A stretch of DNA of 21,348 bases from Trichormus sp. ATA11-4-KO1 (GTDB lineage: Bacteria; Cyanobacteriota; Cyanobacteriia; Cyanobacteriales; Nostocaceae), in the NCBI GenBank assembly GCA_019358915.1, contig JAHHIM010000053.1, forward strand, positions 1-21,348, written 5' to 3'. A model generated the notes under the pieces. It did no database searches. It was not told the DNA's origin and was given only the letters and a program-made list of their open reading frames with translations. Position numbers and translations under genes: made by a program. Positions 1 to 7,754 of this stretch are shown here, in pieces. How positions within the stretch are numbered: the stretch's first letter is position 1; each line of letters starts with the position of its first letter.

Positions 1-36
1 GTCACGGGTCAGATTGCTGGGGTAAGCTTTACTCAT
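1..36 (-). CDS. IS5/IS1031-group transposase, N-terminal fragment (runs off the window)
   Basis: ATG at 36-34 gives MSKAYPSNLTRD, matching the YPS(D/N)LT start of IS1031-type transposases. An in-frame upstream ATG at 66-64 is an alternative start. Confidence 0.8.
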   Translation of the reverse strand, partial: MSKAYPSNLTRD

Positions 37-123
37 GTCACTCTCTCGGTGCTGTTTACTATTCATTCACAGCTTATACTGAGAGAGCTTTTTTACAACC
101 TTTCTGACTTTTCAAACACCCTC
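1..123 (-). mobile_element. Left end of an IS5-family (IS1031 group) insertion sequence, truncated by the window edge
   Basis: The minus strand at 123-107 reads GAGGGTGTTTGAAAAGT, a typical IS1031-group terminal IR. It is flanked by TTA at 124-126 (TNA-type target) and followed by a transposase N-terminus. Confidence 0.85.
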
Positions 124-328
124 TTACTCGTGAATTTTCTAAATGGGCAAGGATTTTAAAAGAAGTAAGAACAAGTGAGGAATCTGTGACAATCAAAAAG
201 CATAACCTATGTGACTACGGCTATATCTATTTCTCCAGCTTTAAAAATGGTCACAAAGTTCAAAATATCAGACTTTTGACTTTTGCGTAGTTCTTTACCC
301 CCCATCCCCCTGCCTCTTGTCATAACAC

Positions 329-1618
329 CTATTGAGGACTAACTTGATCAATCACCGTGATTTTGCCATCTCCTCCTACAGTCCAAACATCGTAGACACC
401 CACAACATCGCCGTTGGCATCAACATCTACATTGCCACTGGCTCCTTGGTAGTTAATATCTTGACCTTCTTGGAGTAACTTTAACCCCTCGCAGACATCA
501 GTAACTTCTGTGCCAGGTGCATTGGCAACTTCACGGATTTTACTAGAGATGCCAACGCCTGTATTTTCCTTAGCGGCTTGTGCTGCTAATACCAACAAAG
601 CGGCTGCATCCCAAGCTTGGGGAGCATATTCCCCTGGGGAACCACCTTTTTTCTCTTGCCACAGTTTATTGAAGTCTGCTAATGCTTTACCATCGGAGCC
701 GGGGACTGTACCTAGCGCTCCAGTTAGGAGATATGTACCATCACTGCCTCTACCCACTTGTTCCGGGAAGGTAGGTGATTTTACGCCATCTGTCAGCAGA
801 ATTTGTACACCCTCAGTTAAACCTTGCTGATAGGCAGTTTTGAGGAGTAGGCTGCCTGTTTCGGCGTAGAGAACGGCAACTACTGCATCTGGCTTACCAG
901 CAAAAGCCGCCGCCGCTTCGGTGTCGAATGTTTGGGCTTTGGGGTCGTAGCGGACGGGCTTATTTTTATTAATGACAGTTCCACCTAATTTCTCAAAGGC
1001 TTGAACAAATGCTCTTTCAAACCCCACTCCATAGTCGTTATTAATGACAACTGTCGAAACTCGCTTGAAACCTTTTTTATTAGCTAGTTGAGCTAAAGCT
1101 AATGCTTGGTAGGTATCAGGAGGAGCAGTACGCGCCCAAAAACCTTTGAAGTCACCTTTTTGGGCCTTTTCGGTAAAAGCTGGACTGGTGCTACCAGGAG
1201 AAACCAACATCACTTGATTAGGCACAGCAATTGAGATTGCGGCTGTAGAAACGCTACTAGCAAAGGAGCCAACTACACCAGCTACTTTATCAACAGTTGC
1301 TAGTTTGGTCATACCAGCAGCACCGGATCTGGGATCAGTTTGGTCATCTACTTCTACAAGGGTAACTGGTTGCCCATTCACTCCGTCGCACGCGTTGACA
1401 GTTTGAACGAGCAAGGGAACTGAACCTACCATTTGCTGTCCAATGGAAGCTAAGTCACCAGTTGTCGGTAGTAGAGTACCAATTTTTAGCCCATTACCAG
1501 TTGTAGTTGAGCTAGCATTCTCTCCGTTGGGGTTACTAGTATCATTACAAGCTCCTACTAAAAAACCCGTGGCTAAGGTAGCTATACTCAGTGCTAAGGC
1601 AGATTTAATTCTTGGCAT
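329..1618 (-). CDS. natB: Neutral/branched-chain amino acid ABC transporter substrate-binding lipoprotein (NatB, LivJ/K family)
   Basis: 429 aa. Signal peptide with lipobox LVGA-C; LKIGTLLPTTGDLASIG and VVGSFASSVS...SPGSTSP match cyanobacterial NatB. GGAG RBS upstream. Confidence 0.85.
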   Translation of the reverse strand: MPRIKSALALSIATLATGFLVGACNDTSNPNGENASSTTTGNGLKIGTLLPTTGDLASIGQQMVGSVPLLVQTVNACDGVNGQPVTLVEVDDQTDPRSGAAGMTKLATVDKVAGVVGSFASSVSTAAISIAVPNQVMLVSPGSTSPAFTEKAQKGDFKGFWARTAPPDTYQALALAQLANKKGFKRVSTVVINNDYGVGFERAFVQAFEKLGGTVINKNKPVRYDPKAQTFDTEAAAAFAGKPDAVVAVLYAETGSLLLKTAYQQGLTEGVQILLTDGVKSPTFPEQVGRGSDGTYLLTGALGTVPGSDGKALADFNKLWQEKKGGSPGEYAPQAWDAAALLVLAAQAAKENTGVGISSKIREVANAPGTEVTDVCEGLKLLQEGQDINYQGASGNVDVDANGDVVGVYDVWTVGGDGKITVIDQVSPQ

Positions 1619-1769
1619 AAATTTACTTTTACTCCTTAGATATGCAGGAGCCTAAAAGTAGATTCAAACTAGGGTTTCAAGTTAGCTTGATCTTCAAAGA
1701 CTCCAAAGGATAAATAATAGCATCTGTCTTGGGGAGTAAAAAAAGGACATCAATTATCTGGATAATCTA

Positions 1770-1824
1770 GGGCGTGTCATTAATTAAGCCAGATAACGGC
1801 AGCAGCAAGATGAATTGCTCCCAG
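1770..1824 (-). mobile_element. Right-end remnant of an IS5-family (IS427 group) element
   Basis: The minus strand encodes LGAIHLAAAVIWLN* (stop at 1782-1780), the typical IS427-group transposase C-terminus. It is followed at once by the terminal IR TGACACGCCC and then TAG. Confidence 0.7.
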
Positions 1825-1945
1825 CATGAAACCACGAATCACTTGTTCGTTATCAACCCATGGGTATAAGTAACGCTTCGTCTGACCTCAATTTCTCAGC
1901 TTCTGACTTTATCATCCAAGATATAAGCATCAAGAAAAATCAACC

Positions 1946-2167
1946 CCTGGCGATTAGAAAAGCAGCCCAAGGATGCCGCAGGCTGTACGCGGCTATACAA
2001 ACAAAGTCCGCCTATGCGGACTAACGGCAAATTAAGGTTTTTCAACCCGCGCAGGTGGTTACTGAGCGGCTCGAGTGACTTGTACTGAGCCTTGTCGAAG
2101 TAGCCTTCGCCGAACTCTTGTCGAAGTGCGGGTTTGGCCTGTGTAGCTGCAACTTCCAGTCGCCTGG
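1946..2167. repeat. Long imperfect inverted-repeat element (REP/MITE-like) carrying SDR insertions
   Basis: The arms CCTGGCGATTAGAA...GCGGCTATACAAACAAA and TTTGGCCTGTGTAGCTGC...TTCCAGTCGCCTGG are imperfectly complementary. Internal hairpins are AGTCCGC-CTAT-GCGGACT and AACCCGC-GCAG-[insert]-GCGGGTT. Confidence 0.65.
2055..2127 (+). repeat. Triple-nested small dispersed repeats (SDR1-like, TGAGC...CGAA core)
   Basis: Parses as GTGGTTACTGAGC[GGCTCGAGTGA[CTTGTACTGAGCCTTGTCGAAGTA]GCCTTCGCCGAACTC]TTGTCGAAGT. Removing all three units restores the host hairpin. Confidence 0.8.
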
Positions 2168-2224
2168 TGCAAGATATTAAGTTAATGGCAATGCGATCGC
2201 TATAACCATATCAGCTATTCAAAA

Positions 2225-2902
2225 TTACTGTCGTTCAAAGATAAATATGATTGAAGCTGGTTTTTTAGTGATGGGGTGGCAAGGTTCTAGTAACTTTAGT
2301 AGTCGATAATTCCGGAGATGAAAATCACTAATCCATGATTCAATTGTCCTGAAGTACCAGGGTGCAGGATGAAATGATTCATCTGCAATTCCAGTCCAGG
2401 AAGTTTTGCGCCATCCATTCTCATAGGGAGAGTCACCGCAAGTGATTACAGGATGAAGTGTTTGAATGATGATTTTGCCCTGGGACTCTAACAGGCTTTG
2501 ACCCGCATCGGCTATGTCACTCAGAGCGTCTTCCCCCAGAATGGAGAAGTTGCAGATGAAGCAGGAAAACTGGTTAATGACACCAAATTTCTGTGATGGG
2601 AGATCCGAGTAAGAAGATACAACAAAGCGGACATCGCCCATGCACCGTGCTGATTCGATCAAATCACTAATGCCATCAACTCCCCACCCATTAAACCCGT
2701 GTGAGAAGAGTTCATAACACAACCATCCTTCACCGCATCCGATATCTAAAAACGTTTTTGGTTGAATTTCAACCACAGCTTCCAAAATAGCTTTGTCTGT
2801 GATCAGAATTCGGCTCTCAATTTTTTTGTCACGAACTAAACTTGTCCACGGTTTAGCATTGACTGCCCATGAATGGAGAATTTGTTGTTCGTTATTGTCC
2901 AT
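2225..2902 (-). CDS. Class I SAM-dependent methyltransferase
   Basis: 225 aa. SAM-binding motif I FLDIGCGEGW, acidic residue after beta-2 (GVDG) and IIIQTLHP. Confidence 0.85.
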   Translation of the reverse strand: MDNNEQQILHSWAVNAKPWTSLVRDKKIESRILITDKAILEAVVEIQPKTFLDIGCGEGWLCYELFSHGFNGWGVDGISDLIESARCMGDVRFVVSSYSDLPSQKFGVINQFSCFICNFSILGEDALSDIADAGQSLLESQGKIIIQTLHPVITCGDSPYENGWRKTSWTGIADESFHPAPWYFRTIESWISDFHLRNYRLLKLLEPCHPITKKPASIIFIFERQ

Positions 2903-2956
2903 AAGTTAAGTAAGTCTGACTAAAATCATGAGCGATTCCTTATTTTTCTATTCCTT

Positions 2957-3484
2957 CTATTTCAACAGCTTTTCCATGAACACTTGACATGGACTATCGT
3001 TATATCTCTCAATTGGGTAAAATCCCAGTTTCGTGTAAAATTTGAGTGCCTGTGCCTGTATTTCCTCATGAGCTAAGTCAAGCCTAACTTTCTGATAACC
3101 TACTTTTCTGGCGAAATCAAAAAGCATTTGAACCATTTTCCCACCTAAACCTTTTCCTCGATACTCTTTGAAAAACCACATACGCTTGAGTTCACAGATT
3201 TGATTATCTAACTTGCGGATTGCGCCAGTACCAACAATTTGCTTTTTGTCAAGCAACACTAAGAATATGCCGTTATTGTCAAAATAGTGCGATCGCATAT
3301 TCTCAATATCAGACATTGAATCATACTGTTTCAAATCTTCTTCAGTCAGTACGCCTTGCCAAATTTCTAGGCAAACTGCTATGACGAAGCGCGACCAAAG
3401 GAAGCAAGGGTTTGAGTAAAGCGGCAAAATCTTTGATTTGCCGGAACTTATTTGGGTGGAGTCGGAATCCACACCCAAATTCAT
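2957..3484 (-). CDS. GNAT family N-acetyltransferase; native 5' end apparently replaced by repeat-derived sequence
   Basis: IVGTGAIR...CELKRMW and the acetyl-CoA motif EYRGKGLG...FYTKLGF are intact. The first ~30 codons lie in a palindromic/heptamer repeat element. Confidence 0.75.
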   Translation of the reverse strand: MNLGVDSDSTQISSGKSKILPLYSNPCFLWSRFVIAVCLEIWQGVLTEEDLKQYDSMSDIENMRSHYFDNNGIFLVLLDKKQIVGTGAIRKLDNQICELKRMWFFKEYRGKGLGGKMVQMLFDFARKVGYQKVRLDLAHEEIQAQALKFYTKLGFYPIERYNDSPCQVFMEKLLK

Positions 3485-3516
3485 CCTTCATCCTTCTTCC
3501 TCCTAACGCCTTCCTT
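3399..3516. repeat. Hairpin-containing dispersed repeat with (TCATCCT/TCTTCCT) heptamers
   Basis: Hairpins CGGCAAAATC-TTT-GATTTGCCG (3422-3443) and ATTTGGGTG...CACCCAAAT (3450-3480), followed by heptamer-like units from 3481. Confidence 0.55.
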
Positions 3517-3576
3517 CGGTTTCAACCCGAATTTTGGGTTTAAACTGAAATTGTTACTCGTGAAGGAGTAAGAACA

Positions 3577-3927
3577 ATGGAAGCGTTACTACCACAAACT
3601 TGTGTTCCCTGTAGGGGTGATTCTCCACCAGTGAGTGAGGCAGAAATTGCTGAACTTCAGCCTCAGATACCCGATTGGCAGATAATTAAAGAGAATGATG
3701 AGGCACGCTTACAGCGCGTTTACAAATTTCCCGATTTTCAAACAGCACTCGCCTTCACTCAACGAGTGGGTGAAGAAGCTGAGAAACAAGGACATCACCC
3801 CGCTTTGCTGACTGAATGGGGTAAAGTAACAGTCACCTGGTGGACACATGCGATTCATGGACTCCATCGCAATGATTTCATCATGGCAGCCAAAACAGAT
3901 GCGATCGCGACTCAAGGAAAGTGCTGA
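3577..3927 (+). CDS. phhB: Pterin-4-alpha-carbinolamine dehydratase (4a-hydroxytetrahydrobiopterin dehydratase)
   Basis: 116 aa with [12 protein letters not shown] and [21 protein letters not shown]. Strong AAGGAG RBS at 3563-3568. Confidence 0.9.
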   Translation: MEALLPQTCVPCRGDSPPVSEAEIAELQPQIPDWQIIKENDEARLQRVYKFPDFQTALAFTQRVGEEAEKQGHHPALLTEWGKVTVTWWTHAIHGLHRNDFIMAAKTDAIATQGKC

Positions 3928-4000
3928 GTGCGGCTCGACTGAGCTTCGCCGAACGTCTGAGTGCGCTGGCCCTGAGCGAAGTCGAAGGGGAGTGCTGAGT
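3920..4000 (+). repeat. GAGTGCT heptamer (STRR) array interrupted by two SDR1-like elements
   Basis: GAGTGC[GGCTCGACTGAGCTTCGCCGAACGTC]TGAGTGC[GCTGGCCCTGAGCGAAGTCGAAGGG]GAGTGCTGAGT. Confidence 0.8.
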
Positions 4001-4019
4001 ATAAACAGCTTCAGTTTAT
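4001..4019. terminator. Small hairpin between convergent genes, possible terminator
   Basis: ATAAAC-AGCTTCA-GTTTAT. The stem is weak and AT-rich. CTCCC(C/T)A-type heptamers follow at 4034-4054. Confidence 0.25.
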
Positions 4020-4070
4020 GCGTAGTGCTATATCTCCCCACTCCCTACTCCCTTTCTTATTGCCACTTTT

Positions 4071-5039
4071 TCAAGAAAGAGGTAAACCAATTTTCTGTGC
4101 CGTCTCCCTAGCCATATCCCAGACATCTTGCGTTGTGATGCCGCCAGTACCCAGCCAATTGCCACTGATACCTGTATAGTCCTGCATCGGCTCAAATACA
4201 TTGCCGTCAGTATGGGGAGCTGGCTTGTGATCCTGGAAGTGATCTTGATCAACTTGCTTGGCCATCATCGGTTCATACAGGTCGGGTGCCAAGGTTTTCT
4301 GCAAAATCTGTAAATAAACCGCTTGACCGACGATGATTTCTCGCTGTGGTCTTTCGGCTAACCCCACAATAGCCTCAGCTACCTGTCTGGCTGGGTATAC
4401 AGGAGTCATTGCCTTAGTTTGGCGACCAGTGTAATTAGCCGCGTGTTGAAAAATTGGTGTGTCAATGGAACCTGGTAATACAGTGCAGACATGAATGTCA
4501 CGTGCATTATCTAAAGCCAACTCCATCCGCAAGGAATCGGAGAGTCCGCGAATCGCATACTTACTGATGGTATAAGGGATGGTGTATGGCTGACCAGTGA
4601 CACCAACCACCGAAGAAACATTGATTAAGTTACCGCTACCTTGTTCCCGGAAGTAAGGTAAAGCAGCACGCGCACCGTAAATGTAACCAAATAAATTTGT
4701 TTCAATTACCTGTCGAAAAGCTTCCGGGGGTGCTTCTTCAAAGCGCGCAAATAAACTGACTGCGGCATTATTCACCCAGACATCAAGTCTACCAAAAGAA
4801 GCGATCGCGCGCTGTGCTAGTGCTTGGACTGCTGACTCATGACTGACATCAGTTGGTACTGCTACAGCAGTTCCGCCTAAATGTTGACATTCTTGGGCTA
4901 CTTCTTGCAAAGCTGCCTCCCGCCGTGCAGCTAGCAACAATGTGGCACGTTGTTTGGCAAACTCCAGCGCTGTGGCACGTCCAATGCCGCTTGATGCACC
5001 TGTAATTACGATGACTGAATTTTTAATTGGTCGTGGCAT
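4071..5039 (-). CDS. SDR family NAD(P)-dependent oxidoreductase
   Basis: 322 aa. TGASSGIG Rossmann motif, NNAA, catalytic S...YTISK (YxxxK). AGGAG RBS upstream. Confidence 0.9.
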   Translation of the reverse strand: MPRPIKNSVIVITGASSGIGRATALEFAKQRATLLLAARREAALQEVAQECQHLGGTAVAVPTDVSHESAVQALAQRAIASFGRLDVWVNNAAVSLFARFEEAPPEAFRQVIETNLFGYIYGARAALPYFREQGSGNLINVSSVVGVTGQPYTIPYTISKYAIRGLSDSLRMELALDNARDIHVCTVLPGSIDTPIFQHAANYTGRQTKAMTPVYPARQVAEAIVGLAERPQREIIVGQAVYLQILQKTLAPDLYEPMMAKQVDQDHFQDHKPAPHTDGNVFEPMQDYTGISGNWLGTGGITTQDVWDMARETAQKIGLPLS

Positions 5040-5372
5040 GTTTTTTCTCCTTGTGCGATCACTTGATTAGCTGAAAGTTTTCTATTTACGCAAGTCCTGT
5101 TTTATTGTCTTTAGCTTTTAACTTGGGAACTGTTACTTCATTTGATTTTGATAGCTAGTTGTTTATGACTTTCATATTAAAAATGCTTGTACCAATATTA
5201 CAAAATCTATTTGCATTTCTATTACAATCTTTAGATAGATGCTGATTATTTTATTTCAATTATTGGTAATTTGCTGTTGAGATTAATTTCATAAAAATTG
5301 ACTAAAACCAGTGAAATTAAACTTTTGGTAAGCTTTAAAGTGAAAATATATTTAATCTCCAACAAGCTGATT

Positions 5373-5407
5373 TAAATGAACAAAATAATCTGATTTTTGT
5401 TCATTTA
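5373..5407. promoter_or_regulatory. Perfect 13-bp inverted repeat in the divergent SDR/treZ promoter region
   Basis: TAAATGAACAAAA-N9-TTTTGTTCATTTA. Function is inferred only. Confidence 0.35.
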
Positions 5408-5843
5408 TAGCTAACAAAGGTAAAAGTTATAAATCTATCTATGGGTATAGCATTATGTTTAATTGCCGATTCCTAAATTTTTGACAGAATCAGGAATTAG
5501 CTAAAACTAATCTAATTTGCATAATCAGGATTTATGAATATCTTCTGGAATAGGTATCTTACCTACCATAATTAAGCAATTTAAATATTTTTCTCGGATT
5601 TAGGAATTTTATAAAAACTTATATAACATTAAAAAGATGTGATTTATCTTACTTAAATAATTTACATAAACCTAACTAATTGCATCTTGTGGAATCAATA
5701 ATTGTTCATCCTACTGATGGAATAAGTAACAGCTTTATCGAGTTAAATTCAAATTAATATCATTTGCTTTATCATTAACTACACAGTAATTAAATTAACT
5801 ACTCAGAACAAATCAGACTTGGTTATAGTCCTCAGCATTGACT

Positions 5844-7667
5844 ATGAAAATTGGCGCTCATTATTTAGGTGACGGTATTTGTGAATTTACAATTTGGGCA
5901 CCGTATTTAGAAACCGTCGCCTTAGAAATTGTTTCACCTTATCAGCGCTTGATTCCCATGCAGCAACTAGGGAAATATTGGCAAGTTACTGCCAGGGATA
6001 TCGACCCAGGAACGCTTTATTTATATCAATTAAATAATAGTGAATCCAAACCTGACCCGGCATCGAATTTTCAGCCGCATGGTGTACATGGCCCTTCCCA
6101 GGTCGTTAATCACAGCTTTGCCTGGAATGATAATAACTGGTCTGGTATTCCTTTAGAAAGCATGATTATGTATGAGTTGCACGTTGGTACTTTCACCCCG
6201 GAAGGTACCTTTGAGGCAATTATTCCCCGACTCCCAGATGTGCGAGAGTTAGGAGTAAATGCCATTGAACTCATGCCAGTGGCGCAATTTCCAGGCGATC
6301 GCAATTGGGGTTACGATGGCGTTTACCCGTTTGCTGTGCAGAATTCTTATGGTGGCCCTAATAAGTTAAAGCAATTAGTTGATGCTTGTCACCAACAAGG
6401 AATTGCCGTCATTTTAGATGTGGTTTATAACCACTTTGGCCCTGAAGGTAATTATACAAGTCGCTTTGCCCCTTATTTTACAGAAACTTATCGTACTCCT
6501 TGGGGAAATGCGATTAATTTTGATGATGCCCATAGCTATGATGTGCGTCAGTTTTTTATTCAAAATGCACTTTACTGGCTAGAAAAATTTCATATTGATG
6601 CCCTGCGTTTAGATGCAATTCACGCTATTTATGATTTGGGTGCTAAACACTTTTTAGCTGAACTTTCAGAAAATGTGACGGCACTTTCTGAAAAACAAAG
6701 AAGAAAGCTTTATCTAATTGCTGAAAGTGATTTAAACGACCCAAAAATAATTCGTCCTCATGAGTTAGGCGGTTATGGCATTGATGCCCAATGGAGCGAT
6801 GATTTTCATCATTCATTGTATAGTTTGCTGACAGGCGATCGCACTGGTTATTATGCAGATTTTGGTAAGTGTGAACATTTAGCAAAAGCTTATAAAGATA
6901 GCTTTGTTTACGACTGGAAATATTCCCCTTATCGCCAACGCTTTCATGGGAATTATGCAGGCGATCGCCCGTCATGTCAATTTATAGTCGCTATCCAAAA
7001 TCATGACCAAATAGGCAATAGAGTTTTAGGCGAAAGATTATCGCAATTAGTAAGTTTTGCGGCTTTAAAATTAGCTGCTGGCGTAGTATTACTGTCTCCC
7101 TATATACCCTTGTTATTTATGGGGGAAGAATATGGGGAAGAATCGCCATTTATATATTTTGTTAGTCATTCAGACCCCGATTTAATTAGGGCAGTTCGCG
7201 CCGGACGTAAACAAGAATTTTTCGCTTTCCATTCTCAAGGTGAACCCCCAGATCCAGAATCTTTTGATACTTTCATCAATTGTAAATTGCATTGGGAAAA
7301 GCGGCAAACGGGTAAACATCAAGTTCTATTATCTTTTTACAAAAAACTTATTCAAATACGCAACAAAAACCTAGCTTTATTAAACGGTGATAGAAAAGAT
7401 TTACAAGTAGAATTTAATGAAAATCAAAAGCTGCTTGTATGGTTGAAATCTAGCGGAAAAAATCAAATATTCTGTGCGATAAATTTTATTACTTGTGATG
7501 TGAACTTTAGCCAAGAATTTACAGGTGGCACTTGGGTAAAAGTCTTAGACTCTGCTGAGGAAAAGTGGTTAGGTAATGGTTCATTGTTGCCAGAAGAAGT
7601 TAACTCACGTCAAGAATTAACACTACGTCAGCAAAGTTTTGTAGTTTATGAAAGATATTTTAGATAA
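5844..7667 (+). CDS. treZ: Malto-oligosyltrehalose trehalohydrolase (GH13)
   Basis: YELHVGTFT, RNWGYDG, LRLDAIHAI, IAESDLND and QNHDQIGNR motifs. ATG at 5844 (MKIGAHYLG) is preferred over TTG at 5838. Confidence 0.95.
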   Translation: MKIGAHYLGDGICEFTIWAPYLETVALEIVSPYQRLIPMQQLGKYWQVTARDIDPGTLYLYQLNNSESKPDPASNFQPHGVHGPSQVVNHSFAWNDNNWSGIPLESMIMYELHVGTFTPEGTFEAIIPRLPDVRELGVNAIELMPVAQFPGDRNWGYDGVYPFAVQNSYGGPNKLKQLVDACHQQGIAVILDVVYNHFGPEGNYTSRFAPYFTETYRTPWGNAINFDDAHSYDVRQFFIQNALYWLEKFHIDALRLDAIHAIYDLGAKHFLAELSENVTALSEKQRRKLYLIAESDLNDPKIIRPHELGGYGIDAQWSDDFHHSLYSLLTGDRTGYYADFGKCEHLAKAYKDSFVYDWKYSPYRQRFHGNYAGDRPSCQFIVAIQNHDQIGNRVLGERLSQLVSFAALKLAAGVVLLSPYIPLLFMGEEYGEESPFIYFVSHSDPDLIRAVRAGRKQEFFAFHSQGEPPDPESFDTFINCKLHWEKRQTGKHQVLLSFYKKLIQIRNKNLALLNGDRKDLQVEFNENQKLLVWLKSSGKNQIFCAINFITCDVNFSQEFTGGTWVKVLDSAEEKWLGNGSLLPEEVNSRQELTLRQQSFVVYERYFR

Positions 7668-7687
7668 CTTCAGCGTCGCATCAGCTA

Positions 7688-7718
7688 TAGCGTGCAAGTA
7701 GCGCACGCTACGCGAACG
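7688..7718. repeat. SDR-like GC-rich hairpin between treZ and treY
   Basis: TAGCGTGC-AAGTAGC-GCACGCTA followed by CGCGAACG. The reverse strand GCGTAGCGTGC also occurs at 20566-20576. Confidence 0.55.
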
Positions 7719-7754
7719 TTAAAAAAATAAACTTTTTAATTAGTGAGTTTACCT

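Noticed and set aside
3937..3989. Hammerhead ribozyme (CTGA...CGAA resemblance)
   Set aside because: The core is CTGAGC...CGAAG rather than CUGANGA...GAAA, and there is no third stem or NUH cleavage site.
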